Origin: Balanoglossus misakiensis | Lineage: Eukaryota > Animalia > Hemichordata | Assembly: GCA_040954595.2 (NCBI GenBank) | Contig: CM082576.2 | Span: forward strand, 6,389,129 to 6,453,128 | Direction of reading: 5' to 3' | DNA length: 64,000 nucleotides | Part shown: one piece after another, positions 1 through 10,481 of the stretch | Position numbering within the stretch: the first letter of the stretch is position 1 | Layout: each line of letters starts with the position of its first letter | Position numbers and translations under genes: made by a program | The notes under the pieces: model-generated | Seen by the model: only the letters and a program-made list of their open reading frames with translations | Database searches by the model: none | What the model was told of the DNA's origin: nothing

Positions 1-1
1 A

Positions 2-3000
2 CCGAGTCCCATCAACGCCTACAGGAAATGGGAGGACATCGATGAAGATTGTAAGCAGTTGTTGTCACAGCGGAATGTGCCGATGCTTGGTGCGTGGAAA
101 GTTCAAGCAAGAAAGAAGACAGTGTTTCGGAAGCGGAGACAAATCTTGATCAAGGCTACTGCCAAGCGGCAACCTGCCAAGTTGTCAAGAGCCAAACAGA
201 CGGTGAACTCTGCGGTCAAAAAGCAAACTGCCACCTTGCCAGTGGAAAAGCCAGAGAGAATGATCACGCGCCTACAGTCCGCTACTCTCAGATCCAACAA
301 TGAGGATTTAACAAGTGGGTCTAGGATGGTGTTACCAATGACCCAGCCAAGATCTACACACCCCGAGTCTAAATTGAAAACCAGCCTGAGTGGAAATAAT
401 GTCATCCAGAATGAGTCTTCGACAGCAGAAGCGCCAACTGGTCCTCACACAAGTCTTGTGCATGAAAAGATTTCTGCAGTGAGAAATCCTCAAGAATTCC
501 CACATCCGTCACATCATTTGGGACGCCAAGTTGTCAGTGAAAGCGTGAAAGGTGCCACACAGCTTGGGGACAACAAGGACCAGGCTGGATCTCAAGTAAA
601 ACTGACAAATATCCCCACAAGTAGATGCGTTCTCTCTAAAAGAACTCCTGAAAAGTCCACTCTGCAGCCAGCTGGGGACAATAAGGTCGCGCATCAATAT
701 ACAACGGTATGCCACCCGGTCGAAATCTTCAGTATTTCATACTCAGCCAGCAAGGGTCAGTCTGATGTCATGATTATTAAGCCGCAAATGCGTGGCAAAG
801 TCCCTGTGGTCTTGCTTGAAAGAAGCAAAGACAAACGGCTGTGCACTGGTGGAGCAGATGGCCATGGCAGCGTCATGCTGCCCACTGGAGTCACTGGGAA
901 AAGGAAAGCCGAGAATGAAATGGGCAGAAAACATCGCCAGGACGCCAACCCAACAAAAGATGCAAGCGAAAGTCTATCAGGTATGGTTCGTAGCAGAGAT
1001 GCTGTTGGAAAGTGTACAGTCACGGATCAATCCCAGGACACCAGCGTAACAACAGATTGTAGTGGCAAAAGACCGTCTGCTGCAGTTTGTCAGAAAGATG
1101 CAGGCCCGCATCTTCCTTCCAAAGGTAATCACATGTCAACAAACATCGGCAAAGTCAAAACAAAGATTTGGTCTCCTGTCAGTGTCCAACCAGTGACTTC
1201 TGCAGTTAATCCATCAGAGAATGAACATTTGCTTGGAACAGTGGGAGATATACCAACGGAGAATGTGGACACCAGTCTGAGCAAGACAAATGTTGGGAAC
1301 TGTGGTTCGACCGAGGACGGCGTCATGACCATTAGTTTGGCAGAAAACAAATCTGCTACCAGGGATTTGCCAAACAGTGATGCTGACATTAGCCGCTTAG
1401 CAGTCAGCCAAGTCCAACCAACACCAAAACTGAGTCCACTGAAGACAGGGCCAGGAGAGGTCATCAGAAGCACTGATTCAGAAACGCGTGTTCAACCTGT
1501 CATTGAAAAAGTTGCCCAAATCCCAAAGTTCAGTGAAGCCACAATGCCAGAGTCCGTAGCTGACAAGTTCCTGGGGTCCACTGCGGATAGTAACAACCTT
1601 GAGTCCACTGTCGTCAAGACTACAAAGTCCTCCGACGTCAACATTTCAGGATCAGCTGATGAAACAAACTGGCCTTATTATAATAATACTGAGCGTGATA
1701 GCGTTATCCTTGTTGACAATACACCGATGGTATGTTATGATCAAAATTCCAACTGTACCTGCTATACGGACAATTTTGACAAGGGTGTAGATTTACAGAA
1801 GGGCAGTACCCAGTCACAGTTGGCCAGGGACATAGACAGTCAGTGTGGTGATGAGTCTGCCATCCTGCAAAGATGTCACGACGTTTCTGAAGATTATTTC
1901 AGTCTTTCACCAGTGTATCCGAATGGAGAAAACCAGTCTGGTATGGATGATGATATGTGGTTTGATGATGCTTTCGATAAACTTGATGTAACTCTGGCAA
2001 GTGATCAGACCAGCAAAATGATGGCCAGTTTGCTAGAAGAGCCAGAGAAAACGGCGAGTGAATACCTTTTACCACAGGGCTCAACTTCGGATCAAAGCTT
2101 CCCTGAATCTGCAAGATCATGCTCCCCATTGGCAAATGCAGCTGAACCACACATTCTAGCGAGCTCACAATCGCAGCACCTTCCAAGTACGGTTGCTACG
2201 CCATGTTCGGCCACAGTAACATCTGCTGAGCTCAATTCAACGAATACCGCTGAACAAATTAGCATTGAGCCAAGTTCCTCCACTGCATGGTATGCAGAAG
2301 TGACCACACCAAACCTGTTGCAAACACAGATCCTTGACTCCATTGAAGACTCTTTGGAAATGACAAACGCATTATCCAGGACTGGAATCGGTGAGTCTGA
2401 GGTCATGAGTCATTGTGAAGAGCCAGTTCTTAATGTCTCGACTGATTCCACAGATGTCGGTGAGCTTGTCAACCTGGCACAAAGCGCTTCAGTAGTGGAA
2501 AAATTCCCTGAGACAACAGTAGCTGCAGGAGTAGATTGTGACCCCATAATACCGTCTGTCGCCGAAGAAAGTGACCAAACAGACATTGGCGATAAGTGTG
2601 CCAAAGTTGGATTCACAGACAACATAGATGACATTGCCATAGCAGTTGAAGTTTTGACAAGAGGCTTTTCTCTTCATCAAGGAGCACATGAAAATGAAAG
2701 TATAGAGGAATCAGCAGTAGGAATAACAGATAAGAACATGAACTATGCTGCCGACATCAACAGTTTCACTAAAGGTGATGAAACTCTAAAGTTACAGTGT
2801 GCAGAATGTGTTGGCAACGGTGAATTTGAACAGTCCCAAAGAACCATGGAGAGTGCAGGTACTGATTCTTCAGCAAGTGAAACAGGGGCCACTCTTGACC
2901 AAACAATGCTTGGATCGCAAGGTAGTAGAAAAGACATCAAAGACAGAGGTTTTGATGGCTCTGGGAAACTTGAAAGTAATGATGACAATGGTGGTGTCTG

Positions 3001-6000
3001 TGTCTGGCAGTCCTGCCCGTATACCCCAAGTGAAGATGAGCAGATTCAGCAGATGTCAGTCGAACCAGAGGTTGAAGTGAATACCGTGCACAGGATGCCG
3101 ACACATACCGTGACTAAAGTTACAGAAAAGTCTTTGTCTGATCCACAGCTTGCGGTGGAAGAGATGGGTAGACGTCATATAGTTAAACGAGCAATGACCG
3201 TTCGCAGAAGTCCAAGAAAACCACTCTCCCAGGACGTCCAAGACTTCACAACAAAACCTCAGTTGGTAATACATGATGCACCAACTGTCAAATCTGATGT
3301 GACGCGTTCATGGCAGTACATTATAACTGGGCCACGTGTGCAGCTTGTGGACTATAGACAAGCTGGAAGAGATTGTCTAAAACTAGTTACAGGATGCTCT
3401 TTTCGTAAAGTGGAATCGCTTACTCAAGCTGAAAGAGCCAGTCTTATACCGGAAGAGGTGAATCAAAAATTGGACGAGTTTTCTGTCCAACCACAGTCGC
3501 AAGAAAATGCCAGTCACACTGAAATTGTACAAACAGTGGGTGACTCTTCTACCGTACCAGAACTGGTTGCAAGACGTGAAAAAGCTGGATGTCTTGAAAT
3601 GAGGTATACTGTTGGAAATAAGTTTTCTGCGATACAGACCTGCACACAGGCAGGAAAAGGTGATTTCTCCGAGGTAAAACATCAAGAGAACGTCAGCTTA
3701 CACCATGCAGTACTAAGTACACCAACAGATCAGAGAAATACTCTACAAAATGAGGGTAAAGTGGAAGCAACAAAGGAAAGTGACCCTTTGATGACAGAAG
3801 ATGAACCTGAAGATTACCACTCAATCAAAAGACGTCTAAGAAATCACAGAAAGAATGTTTTCCAAGTTTTGGACAAACCAGTCATTCAAGAATGTGTTGT
3901 TTCCTCAAGGAAAGAGAGTGTTGTGAATGCATTGGATACCCCATCAGATATTGACAGTACTAACAACGATGACATTTCGCAAGCAAAATTGCAGCATGCA
4001 CACAATAGAAAGACAGTTCCCCAAATATTGGATCCGGTGGCTAAAGGCAAATCTGCTATAAAAACTACACCCAGCAGTTATAGGATGCCCAGCAATGAGG
4101 AACCCAGGAAATCACAAGACACAGCTATGCGTAAATCCGAGGGAAACCCAGATATCTCAAATTGTGCAGAGTCCAAGACATTGCGACCTGAATGTTCAGA
4201 GAAAGTGGAAGACCTGAAGACAAAGGTGAACATACACCAATTGGCTGTAGACGCAGTGCCTTGTACAGTCAGTGAGGATGATACGGTTCTGGTATTGCCA
4301 GAAAAATGTTCGGAAGACTCAGACAACTTGGGCGAACAGAAAGTTGGAGAACTTTCCAAGAGTAAACAAGGGAACGTCGAGCGACACCAAGCACAGGAAA
4401 CAGACTCCGGATCTATGCCCTGTGGTATGGAGTCTCCAATATCTCATCCAGAAGGGTTTGCAGACAAGGAGAAATTTGATGAAACCTATCAGGTAGATGA
4501 GCAAGGCCAATCTGTTTCATTGCACACTTTGCACAAAGAGGCTGTGTATGGTGAGCATGTGTCTTCAGAATCTACAGAAGAAAAGAAGGAAGTTAAAGAA
4601 CCCGACCATTCAAAGCGTCTCATCCATGAAGTGGGGATAGATGCAGAGGCTAGCATTGAAGGATCACAGGCAGAGAGTGTAGATGGTAAGAAGAACCTTG
4701 GGGAAATCTCTGGGCCGTGTCATGACAGACTGGAAGGCACGGCACAAGCAACAGAGACAATTCCTTTGCATAGTAATGAGCTAGTTTCCAGGTTGCCACC
4801 AGAATGTTCAGATGAAAAGAGAACAGTTGAAGCAATGTGTGAAATGGCTGGTGTGGTCAACAAAGGGAGTGAGGCCACGAGTTCTGTCGCTGGTATGGTG
4901 TGCCGCAGTGATAGAATTAAAACCAAGCGAAAGAAGAGGACTAAAAAAAGATATGTTCTCTCAAGACCAAAGAAGAGAAAGCGGAAGAGCTTTCCACTGA
5001 AAGAGGAATGTGGGGAAGTCTCGAATTTGCCGTCAGAATGTTCAGAAGAAAAGAATGAAGATCGGGAATGCCATGTTCCAGAATTCCTTCAGAAAGAGCC
5101 AAACAGATGTGAAGTACAGACATCAGGGGCAAAAAATGTACCAAACACCGAGGAGGTTAAGACATCGGCAACAGAAAATATTGATGACAACAGGATAGAA
5201 TATGCTGAAATCAAAACAGAAGGTACCAACATTTGCCAAGCACGGAAATCAGAGACATCACAAAGTCTAAGCAGTGGGGTTATTGCAATGAAGCCGGCAT
5301 ATGTTTCAGACGAAGTGTCCGAGTCAGAGCCAAGCCAAAACAGACTGTCGCAGCCACTGGAGGTAGAGGCGAAGGAACGTGTAATGATGGAGTCAGAATG
5401 TTCTGGCGATGGGAAGAAAATTGAAGAAGTATGCAAGATGGAGGATAAGCCTGTTGAGGAGAGTGTGGCAAGTCATGTCTCTGGTGGAATAGGATGTCAA
5501 ATTGATGAATCGGACCAAATGCAGAGGACCAGAAAGAGACGCATAATCAACAGTGGAAATGAGAAAAGAGGGTCAAAGAGAGGAAAACTGGAAAGTGAGG
5601 ACGGTGCAAGATTGCAGTTTGAATGTTCAGAAGAAAAGAAGGAAGTGGGAGAACCTACTGTTGGTGAATTAGAAGCCGTAGATAAGCGGCACTTTTCTGC
5701 TGAGGAAGGTGGAAGATTGGTGACAGACAGTTCAGATGGACACGATGTGAAGGAATTCTCCGGCAGCGAGTCTAAAAGCACCAAGGTATCACAAGGGAGG
5801 GGGGCAGAGTCAAAGCCAAGGCCTTGCAATGCAGATACCCCAAGACGTAGAAGCAAGAGGATACAGGCACTCCATGGAAATAACAATGAGACAGATGATA
5901 ACACAGATGGCAAGTCTCTGATCGAAACTCACAAAGACGCTTCTGTGCAGTCGGTTGGGATTTCAAAGACTGTCAGTGAAGACGGATCTAAGAAATCAAT

Positions 6001-6268
6001 ACTGAGCTCAGCTGTGTCTGACCAACCGTGCAAGAATCTGTCACAACAGCTTCACACGCCATGTAATACAGCTTCTCTATGTGATGCGAAAGTTGCTGCT
6101 GATTTGGAAGGTCCAGTCTGTGTTTCAATATCAGAGGGAGTGAAATTGCTCCGGTCGAGAAGGGCAGAGGGCAGCAAAAGTAGAAAGGGCGACGAAGCAA
6201 AGAAGGAAAAGCCCAGGATGAAGTCAAATTTTACCAGTGACCACAGTTACTGTACTAAGCCAACTTAG
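2..6268 (+). CDS. 3' terminal giant exon (5' partial) of an uncharacterized, largely disordered nuclear protein
   Basis: The frame of ORF 59..6268 stays open back to the window edge (PSPINAYRKWEDIDEDCKQLL...), so the 'M' at 59 is a TTG and the gene begins upstream. About 2,090 uninterrupted codons rich in S/E/T/K, basic NLS-like tracts (KTKRKKRTKKR, RPKKRKRK), TAG at 6266-6268 and AATAAA at 6721. No folded domain recognised. Confidence 0.8.
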   Translation, partial: PSPINAYRKWEDIDEDCKQLLSQRNVPMLGAWKVQARKKTVFRKRRQILIKATAKRQPAKLSRAKQTVNSAVKKQTATLPVEKPERMITRLQSATLRSNNEDLTSGSRMVLPMTQPRSTHPESKLKTSLSGNNVIQNESSTAEAPTGPHTSLVHEKISAVRNPQEFPHPSHHLGRQVVSESVKGATQLGDNKDQAGSQVKLTNIPTSRCVLSKRTPEKSTLQPAGDNKVAHQYTTVCHPVEIFSISYSASKGQSDVMIIKPQMRGKVPVVLLERSKDKRLCTGGADGHGSVMLPTGVTGKRKAENEMGRKHRQDANPTKDASESLSGMVRSRDAVGKCTVTDQSQDTSVTTDCSGKRPSAAVCQKDAGPHLPSKGNHMSTNIGKVKTKIWSPVSVQPVTSAVNPSENEHLLGTVGDIPTENVDTSLSKTNVGNCGSTEDGVMTISLAENKSATRDLPNSDADISRLAVSQVQPTPKLSPLKTGPGEVIRSTDSETRVQPVIEKVAQIPKFSEATMPESVADKFLGSTADSNNLESTVVKTTKSSDVNISGSADETNWPYYNNTERDSVILVDNTPMVCYDQNSNCTCYTDNFDKGVDLQKGSTQSQLARDIDSQCGDESAILQRCHDVSEDYFSLSPVYPNGENQSGMDDDMWFDDAFDKLDVTLASDQTSKMMASLLEEPEKTASEYLLPQGSTSDQSFPESARSCSPLANAAEPHILASSQSQHLPSTVATPCSATVTSAELNSTNTAEQISIEPSSSTAWYAEVTTPNLLQTQILDSIEDSLEMTNALSRTGIGESEVMSHCEEPVLNVSTDSTDVGELVNLAQSASVVEKFPETTVAAGVDCDPIIPSVAEESDQTDIGDKCAKVGFTDNIDDIAIAVEVLTRGFSLHQGAHENESIEESAVGITDKNMNYAADINSFTKGDETLKLQCAECVGNGEFEQSQRTMESAGTDSSASETGATLDQTMLGSQGSRKDIKDRGFDGSGKLESNDDNGGVCVWQSCPYTPSEDEQIQQMSVEPEVEVNTVHRMPTHTVTKVTEKSLSDPQLAVEEMGRRHIVKRAMTVRRSPRKPLSQDVQDFTTKPQLVIHDAPTVKSDVTRSWQYIITGPRVQLVDYRQAGRDCLKLVTGCSFRKVESLTQAERASLIPEEVNQKLDEFSVQPQSQENASHTEIVQTVGDSSTVPELVARREKAGCLEMRYTVGNKFSAIQTCTQAGKGDFSEVKHQENVSLHHAVLSTPTDQRNTLQNEGKVEATKESDPLMTEDEPEDYHSIKRRLRNHRKNVFQVLDKPVIQECVVSSRKESVVNALDTPSDIDSTNNDDISQAKLQHAHNRKTVPQILDPVAKGKSAIKTTPSSYRMPSNEEPRKSQDTAMRKSEGNPDISNCAESKTLRPECSEKVEDLKTKVNIHQLAVDAVPCTVSEDDTVLVLPEKCSEDSDNLGEQKVGELSKSKQGNVERHQAQETDSGSMPCGMESPISHPEGFADKEKFDETYQVDEQGQSVSLHTLHKEAVYGEHVSSESTEEKKEVKEPDHSKRLIHEVGIDAEASIEGSQAESVDGKKNLGEISGPCHDRLEGTAQATETIPLHSNELVSRLPPECSDEKRTVEAMCEMAGVVNKGSEATSSVAGMVCRSDRIKTKRKKRTKKRYVLSRPKKRKRKSFPLKEECGEVSNLPSECSEEKNEDRECHVPEFLQKEPNRCEVQTSGAKNVPNTEEVKTSATENIDDNRIEYAEIKTEGTNICQARKSETSQSLSSGVIAMKPAYVSDEVSESEPSQNRLSQPLEVEAKERVMMESECSGDGKKIEEVCKMEDKPVEESVASHVSGGIGCQIDESDQMQRTRKRRIINSGNEKRGSKRGKLESEDGARLQFECSEEKKEVGEPTVGELEAVDKRHFSAEEGGRLVTDSSDGHDVKEFSGSESKSTKVSQGRGAESKPRPCNADTPRRRSKRIQALHGNNNETDDNTDGKSLIETHKDASVQSVGISKTVSEDGSKKSILSSAVSDQPCKNLSQQLHTPCNTASLCDAKVAADLEGPVCVSISEGVKLLRSRRAEGSKSRKGDEAKKEKPRMKSNFTSDHSYCTKPT

Positions 6269-6756
6269 AAAACTGCAGCAGAAGACTGCATTATTTCATG
6301 AAGGACATTTTTACAACCTCATCAAACACCAGGGATTTGTCAAGCAGTAATGGGTTGCATGTTACCGCCAACAAATTCCTCCTTTTCTCCAGAGATAGAG
6401 CCATGGAGTCTTCAGACTAGAGGCAATAATTGGTATATTCTTGTCTTATCGTTTGGCTTCAAACAATTTGAGATTTCAAGTGTTTATGTACCTTCTGCTA
6501 TTTGCAGTAATTTTGTGTGCTTTTCCTGTTTAATCCTTCAAGTTTTTTAGTTTCATAACGTGTACCAAGACATCTGGTATCACCATTTAACAAGGGTTCA
6601 TGGTGGCCCCATTGCTGTTGTTCTTGTTTATGTACTTGTTTGTAGTTTCTGTATGGTTGCTGTTTGAGCTCTCTAGTACTTCTGTTTTGCATGTGAAGAG
6701 TTTTCATAAAGATGTTATTTAATAAATTGTGCTTTCATGTTGTTTTCATGAACATA

Positions 6757-7001
6757 TTAAGATGCATGATGCATGGTCAACTTTTTTACCTAATTTAAAC
6801 TGACTGACATAATATCAAAAAACGGGGTTTTTAACCCCAAAAACGCCACCATTTCCGGGGATCAATAACATATGCAACTCAAACAAAAGTTCACAAACTC
6901 GGCTTCCAGAATATATATGGTTTATTGGTGTTTTAACGTTGTCTTTGATAAGAAATAGGCCTCTGAAAAAGTCTCGACGGTTTCATGTCATGCCACCTTA
7001 A
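6757..7001. mobile_element. possible Kolobok/TTAA-type non-autonomous DNA element remnant
   Basis: Bounded by TTAA at 6757-6760 and 6998-7001, with imperfect inverted ends (left ttaagatgcatga; right end reverse-complements to ttaaggtggcatga). Lies between two convergent 3' ends. Confidence 0.3.
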
Positions 7002-7374
7002 ACTCCGTACTTGTCATTCACTATGTGGTACCACAGCCAGAGGGACTGTGGTGGTACCCATAAGAAAAGTACTTGACTGTAGACGAGTATGATTCAAATG
7101 TTTGGTCTCCTGTCTAAATCCGAAAGCAATCCATCTATTAGCTGACAAAATATGCAAAATCTCTGCATAATATAAATATAATTGCTAAAAAGATAATCAC
7201 CAGAGCATTGAACTAGGTCACTGGTCAACAGTGATGCAGTTCTTTTGACCTAAAATTCAAATTCGGTCGAAAAAGAATGCCCAGGTCGCTTAATTGAAGT
7301 AATCATGTCCAGTAATTCTATCCAGTCCGTATAAAGTAGAATATTTTCGTTTCTTATGATTCTTTCCCGCCGGC

Positions 7375-10202
7375 TCATGCATCTGCTTGGTGTTCTTTCA
7401 GCTATTGAAAGAAAAACGCAAGGTTAATGTTGATGGCAATCTGAGTGTTTCAAACAACAGTATAATTTTTCATTCATTCAAAATGCACCGTCCATTTCAC
7501 CTGTCACGAAAGAAAGCATTCGAATGTTACATGTAGATTGGAATTGCTATTTACCACGTATGTCTGCAAACGTTTGGCTTCGTCACGGGCAAATTTCCCG
7601 TAGCCAAATGAACCACTTTTATCTTTTTTTGCACCTTTCCCATCTCCATCATCGACTGTAACCATGACGAATTCCGTTCCGCTTTCAACGATGTTATGGT
7701 AGCAGTGGTTACATGGTGCCTTTGAAGTGAAAAGGGTGGTGTTTTCCGTTCCATGATCGATGCCAGGTTTATTACTGTAAGAAAGTGTTTTCTTTCAAAC
7801 AAACGAAAGTAACACACTGGTAATGAGCACAAAATAGTAAATACCGGTACATATATTTCCACTATGATATGCCTGGTATGCCTACAAATTTTCTCATAAA
7901 TGTTTGTCTGTGGCAATTCACATATGGGAACTGCGTCACTAAACCGTGCACCGAAAGATTCAGTCATGTGCGGGTGCTCCAGCAATGCCTAGTCTCTGGA
8001 AAGGGTCCAAGGCGGCGAGCCGGAGCGCCCGCACACGACTGAATCTTTCAGTCTAACACTAAACCTAAACTACTTGTAACCACAGACAAAGAGAAAAATA
8101 GACTAGCAACGCTATTGTCAAAAGGTGTGAAGTACATCTCCTAATCTCCCATCTGTGTTGTAACTTACCAATAAGTAAGAGCATTAGTTTCAGCATGTAT
8201 TACATATGGATATTTCACTTTCTCGGCGCTTGTTTCATCTCGGTGTTTGTAACCTGACATGTCAGAGTCATTGACTCCCCTTGGGTAACCGTTGTAACCG
8301 AATCCAATATAATCACCTTTGGGGTTCATCAAGACAGATCCAACACCAGTCGACGGATCACCTGTGGCAATATTAAAGCAAGTCACTATTAGAGCAAAAA
8401 AAACAAGTCTTAACTTTTAAGGACAATTTTGGTACCAATATATGACAAAGAATACGCACCTGTATTAAAATTACTACAATGAGTAATGAACCTGCTTGTG
8501 CTCACAAAGCCCCACAGTTGATACAGAAATAAGCAAACAGATCGACGTAAGTAGAAAGGAAATGAGAACTTACGTGTGAACAAGAGGTATAAAACGAACA
8601 GGGGCTCGAAAGAGGTAGAATATTCTTGAGAATAAATACGATTACATACTAGTTCTTTTCCGAAGGATCTCTGTCATTGTAGCTCCATGGCGGCACAATT
8701 CATCGGTTTTCTCGTCGAACGGCAATTGTCTACGTCTAACACCGTCGCTAGATACCCATTGTGCAGTAAACTTCGAGTCAACTATCAAGTTTTCCAAGCA
8801 CTCGATGATTGCATCATATCTTCGGTAGAATTCGTCTTCGAGTTCTGTTTCTGTGACTTTGCTGTGACGCAGGACCGCTTGGCGGGAAGCAACGTGCTCC
8901 CATCCAGGCTTCTTACTATCAGCGCCTTTGCGTACGTAATATGGCTCACCAAATTTGACTTTGAGATCCACGTGGTCAACATCTTGGACCTTTTGAGGAT
9001 TTTCTCCAGGCTTTCCATTCGGGATATGGGGAATCCGCATTCGGATACTCATGTTGGATAACTTGAAAAAATAGTCACAGATCTCCAAATCTTTTCCCGC
9101 TTTAACGGGACTTTCTTCAGGGTGGGCAGGAAAGTAGTAGACATCTTTCACGCCAGCTAGAATCGTGAAAAATAAAATAGCGGATGTTAGGCAGCTCTCC
9201 ACGTACCGAAAAATTGGGGTAGTCGTAATTTACTTTTTGGAGGGTGGGAGGGTGGTGAAGGGCCATATTTTTCAAATGTGTCCCTAGTGAAGGGCCATTA
9301 TTACAGTTGGGTGTATAAAAAATCTAAGCGCTTGTCGGTATATTTTCTAGTCCCCTTCCCCATTTCTACCGCATGGCTGCCAGAGTTAGAAAGAAACCAA
9401 TAAAGGGGGGCAGACTCTGACACTAAAACGTTTACCTTGAATCATGTGCTTGGTGCAATCAGAACAAGGTTTACGAGAAACAACGAGAGTACTTCCTGTC
9501 AAACGCCGGCCATATTTGAGGATGAGAGACATTACTGGATGGGAATATTCACGGCTGTAGTCTGAAGCAAATAATATCCCATCAGCATCTGTTGCCACGA
9601 CACCCATCTGAAAGGAAGGGGGAGGAAACGTTCACGTGTATATACCGTGAAATATTGCCAAATTATGAACTAATACAATTCACTTGAGCGGAATTATCGA
9701 AAAGTAGATGGAAAGGACACTTGGGAAGATATGTGTTGACGCAATCATAAAAGTGTGACCCGATCGTGCTATTTTAGATAAAGGTAAGAACGCAAAGCAG
9801 ACATTTATGTAATATTTACTGAAAGTTCGCAGTTCTGCACACTTTCAAAGCAAATAATACATAATAGAGAGCTTTATCAGTGAGTAAACTAGTGAAGAAC
9901 GCCAGCAGTACCGCTATAAGTGGCCGTGACTTATTTTTGACGAAGAAGTGGCGTTACCCCATGATATATAAAGAATGTGACAGTGATACTAATACCTAAC
10001 CGCACTCTCGTTAAAAATCTTTCAAAATTATGACCACACGTACAATCTTAGGCTCATTATCCCCGTCTATTTCTGGTTCAACGGCACATTTTGGAACTTT
10101 GGCAAGGGGGTGGTTTTCCATCCACATGGCCATTAACATAGCTGTATCTATCAAACTGGGTCTTCGGGGCGAATCATTTGGTGTGGACGCTTTCTCTTCC
10201 AT
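7375..10202 (-). CDS. CDADC1: cytidine and dCMP deaminase domain-containing protein 1-like (tandem Zn-deaminase domains)
   Basis: Six phase-consistent GT-AG exons: 10202-10044, 9607-9436, 9156-8650, 8361-8169, 7774-7555, 7401-7375 (an in-frame ATG also exists at 10256). Domain 1: MWMENHP...YSHPVMSLILKYG...SRKPCSDCTKHMIQAGV. Domain 2: DPSTGVG...GYNGYPRG...KYPYVIHAETNAL...KAPCNHC (HAE plus PCxxC). Confidence 0.8.
7953..8049. repeat. 28-bp inverted repeat (hairpin / MITE remnant) in intron 4 of the deaminase gene
   Basis: Arms 7953-7980 (gaaagattcagtcatgtgcgggtgctcc) and 8022-8049 (ggagcgcccgcacacgactgaatctttc) are complementary at 26 of 28 positions, with a 41-nt spacer. Confidence 0.8.
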
Positions 10203-10321
10203 TTTCGACGGTCTCTGTTGTCTTCGGATTCCTGTGGGTGCACATGAAACAGCCATGAGGCTATAAAATACGTTCTCGCTTAGGTTACCTGGAAAATCTT
10301 GTCGTTCTTCCTGGAAGTCAA

Positions 10322-10481
10322 TGACTGACTGACTGACTGACTGACTGACTGACTGACTGACTGACTGAATGAATGAATGAATGAATGAGTGAACGAACGA
10401 ACGAACGAACGGACATTCGAAAAAATAAATGGAGTAAAGAATGAATGAATGAATGAGTCAGTCCGTCAGTCAGTCAGTCAG
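10322..10481. repeat. compound tetranucleotide microsatellite (TGAC)n-(TGAA)n-(GAAC)n ... (TGAA)n-(GTCA)n
   Basis: Directly visible, just upstream of the deaminase gene. The flanking (TGAC)n and (GTCA)n tracts are mutually complementary. Confidence 0.9.

Noticed and set aside
94-6227. Numerous short antisense and alternative-frame ORFs inside the giant exon
   Set aside because: Expected shadows of a long coding sequence, with no independent motifs.
7551-7985. 144-aa ORF as an independent gene
   Set aside because: It is a shifted frame over deaminase exon 5; the frame carrying PCNHC is the phase-consistent one.
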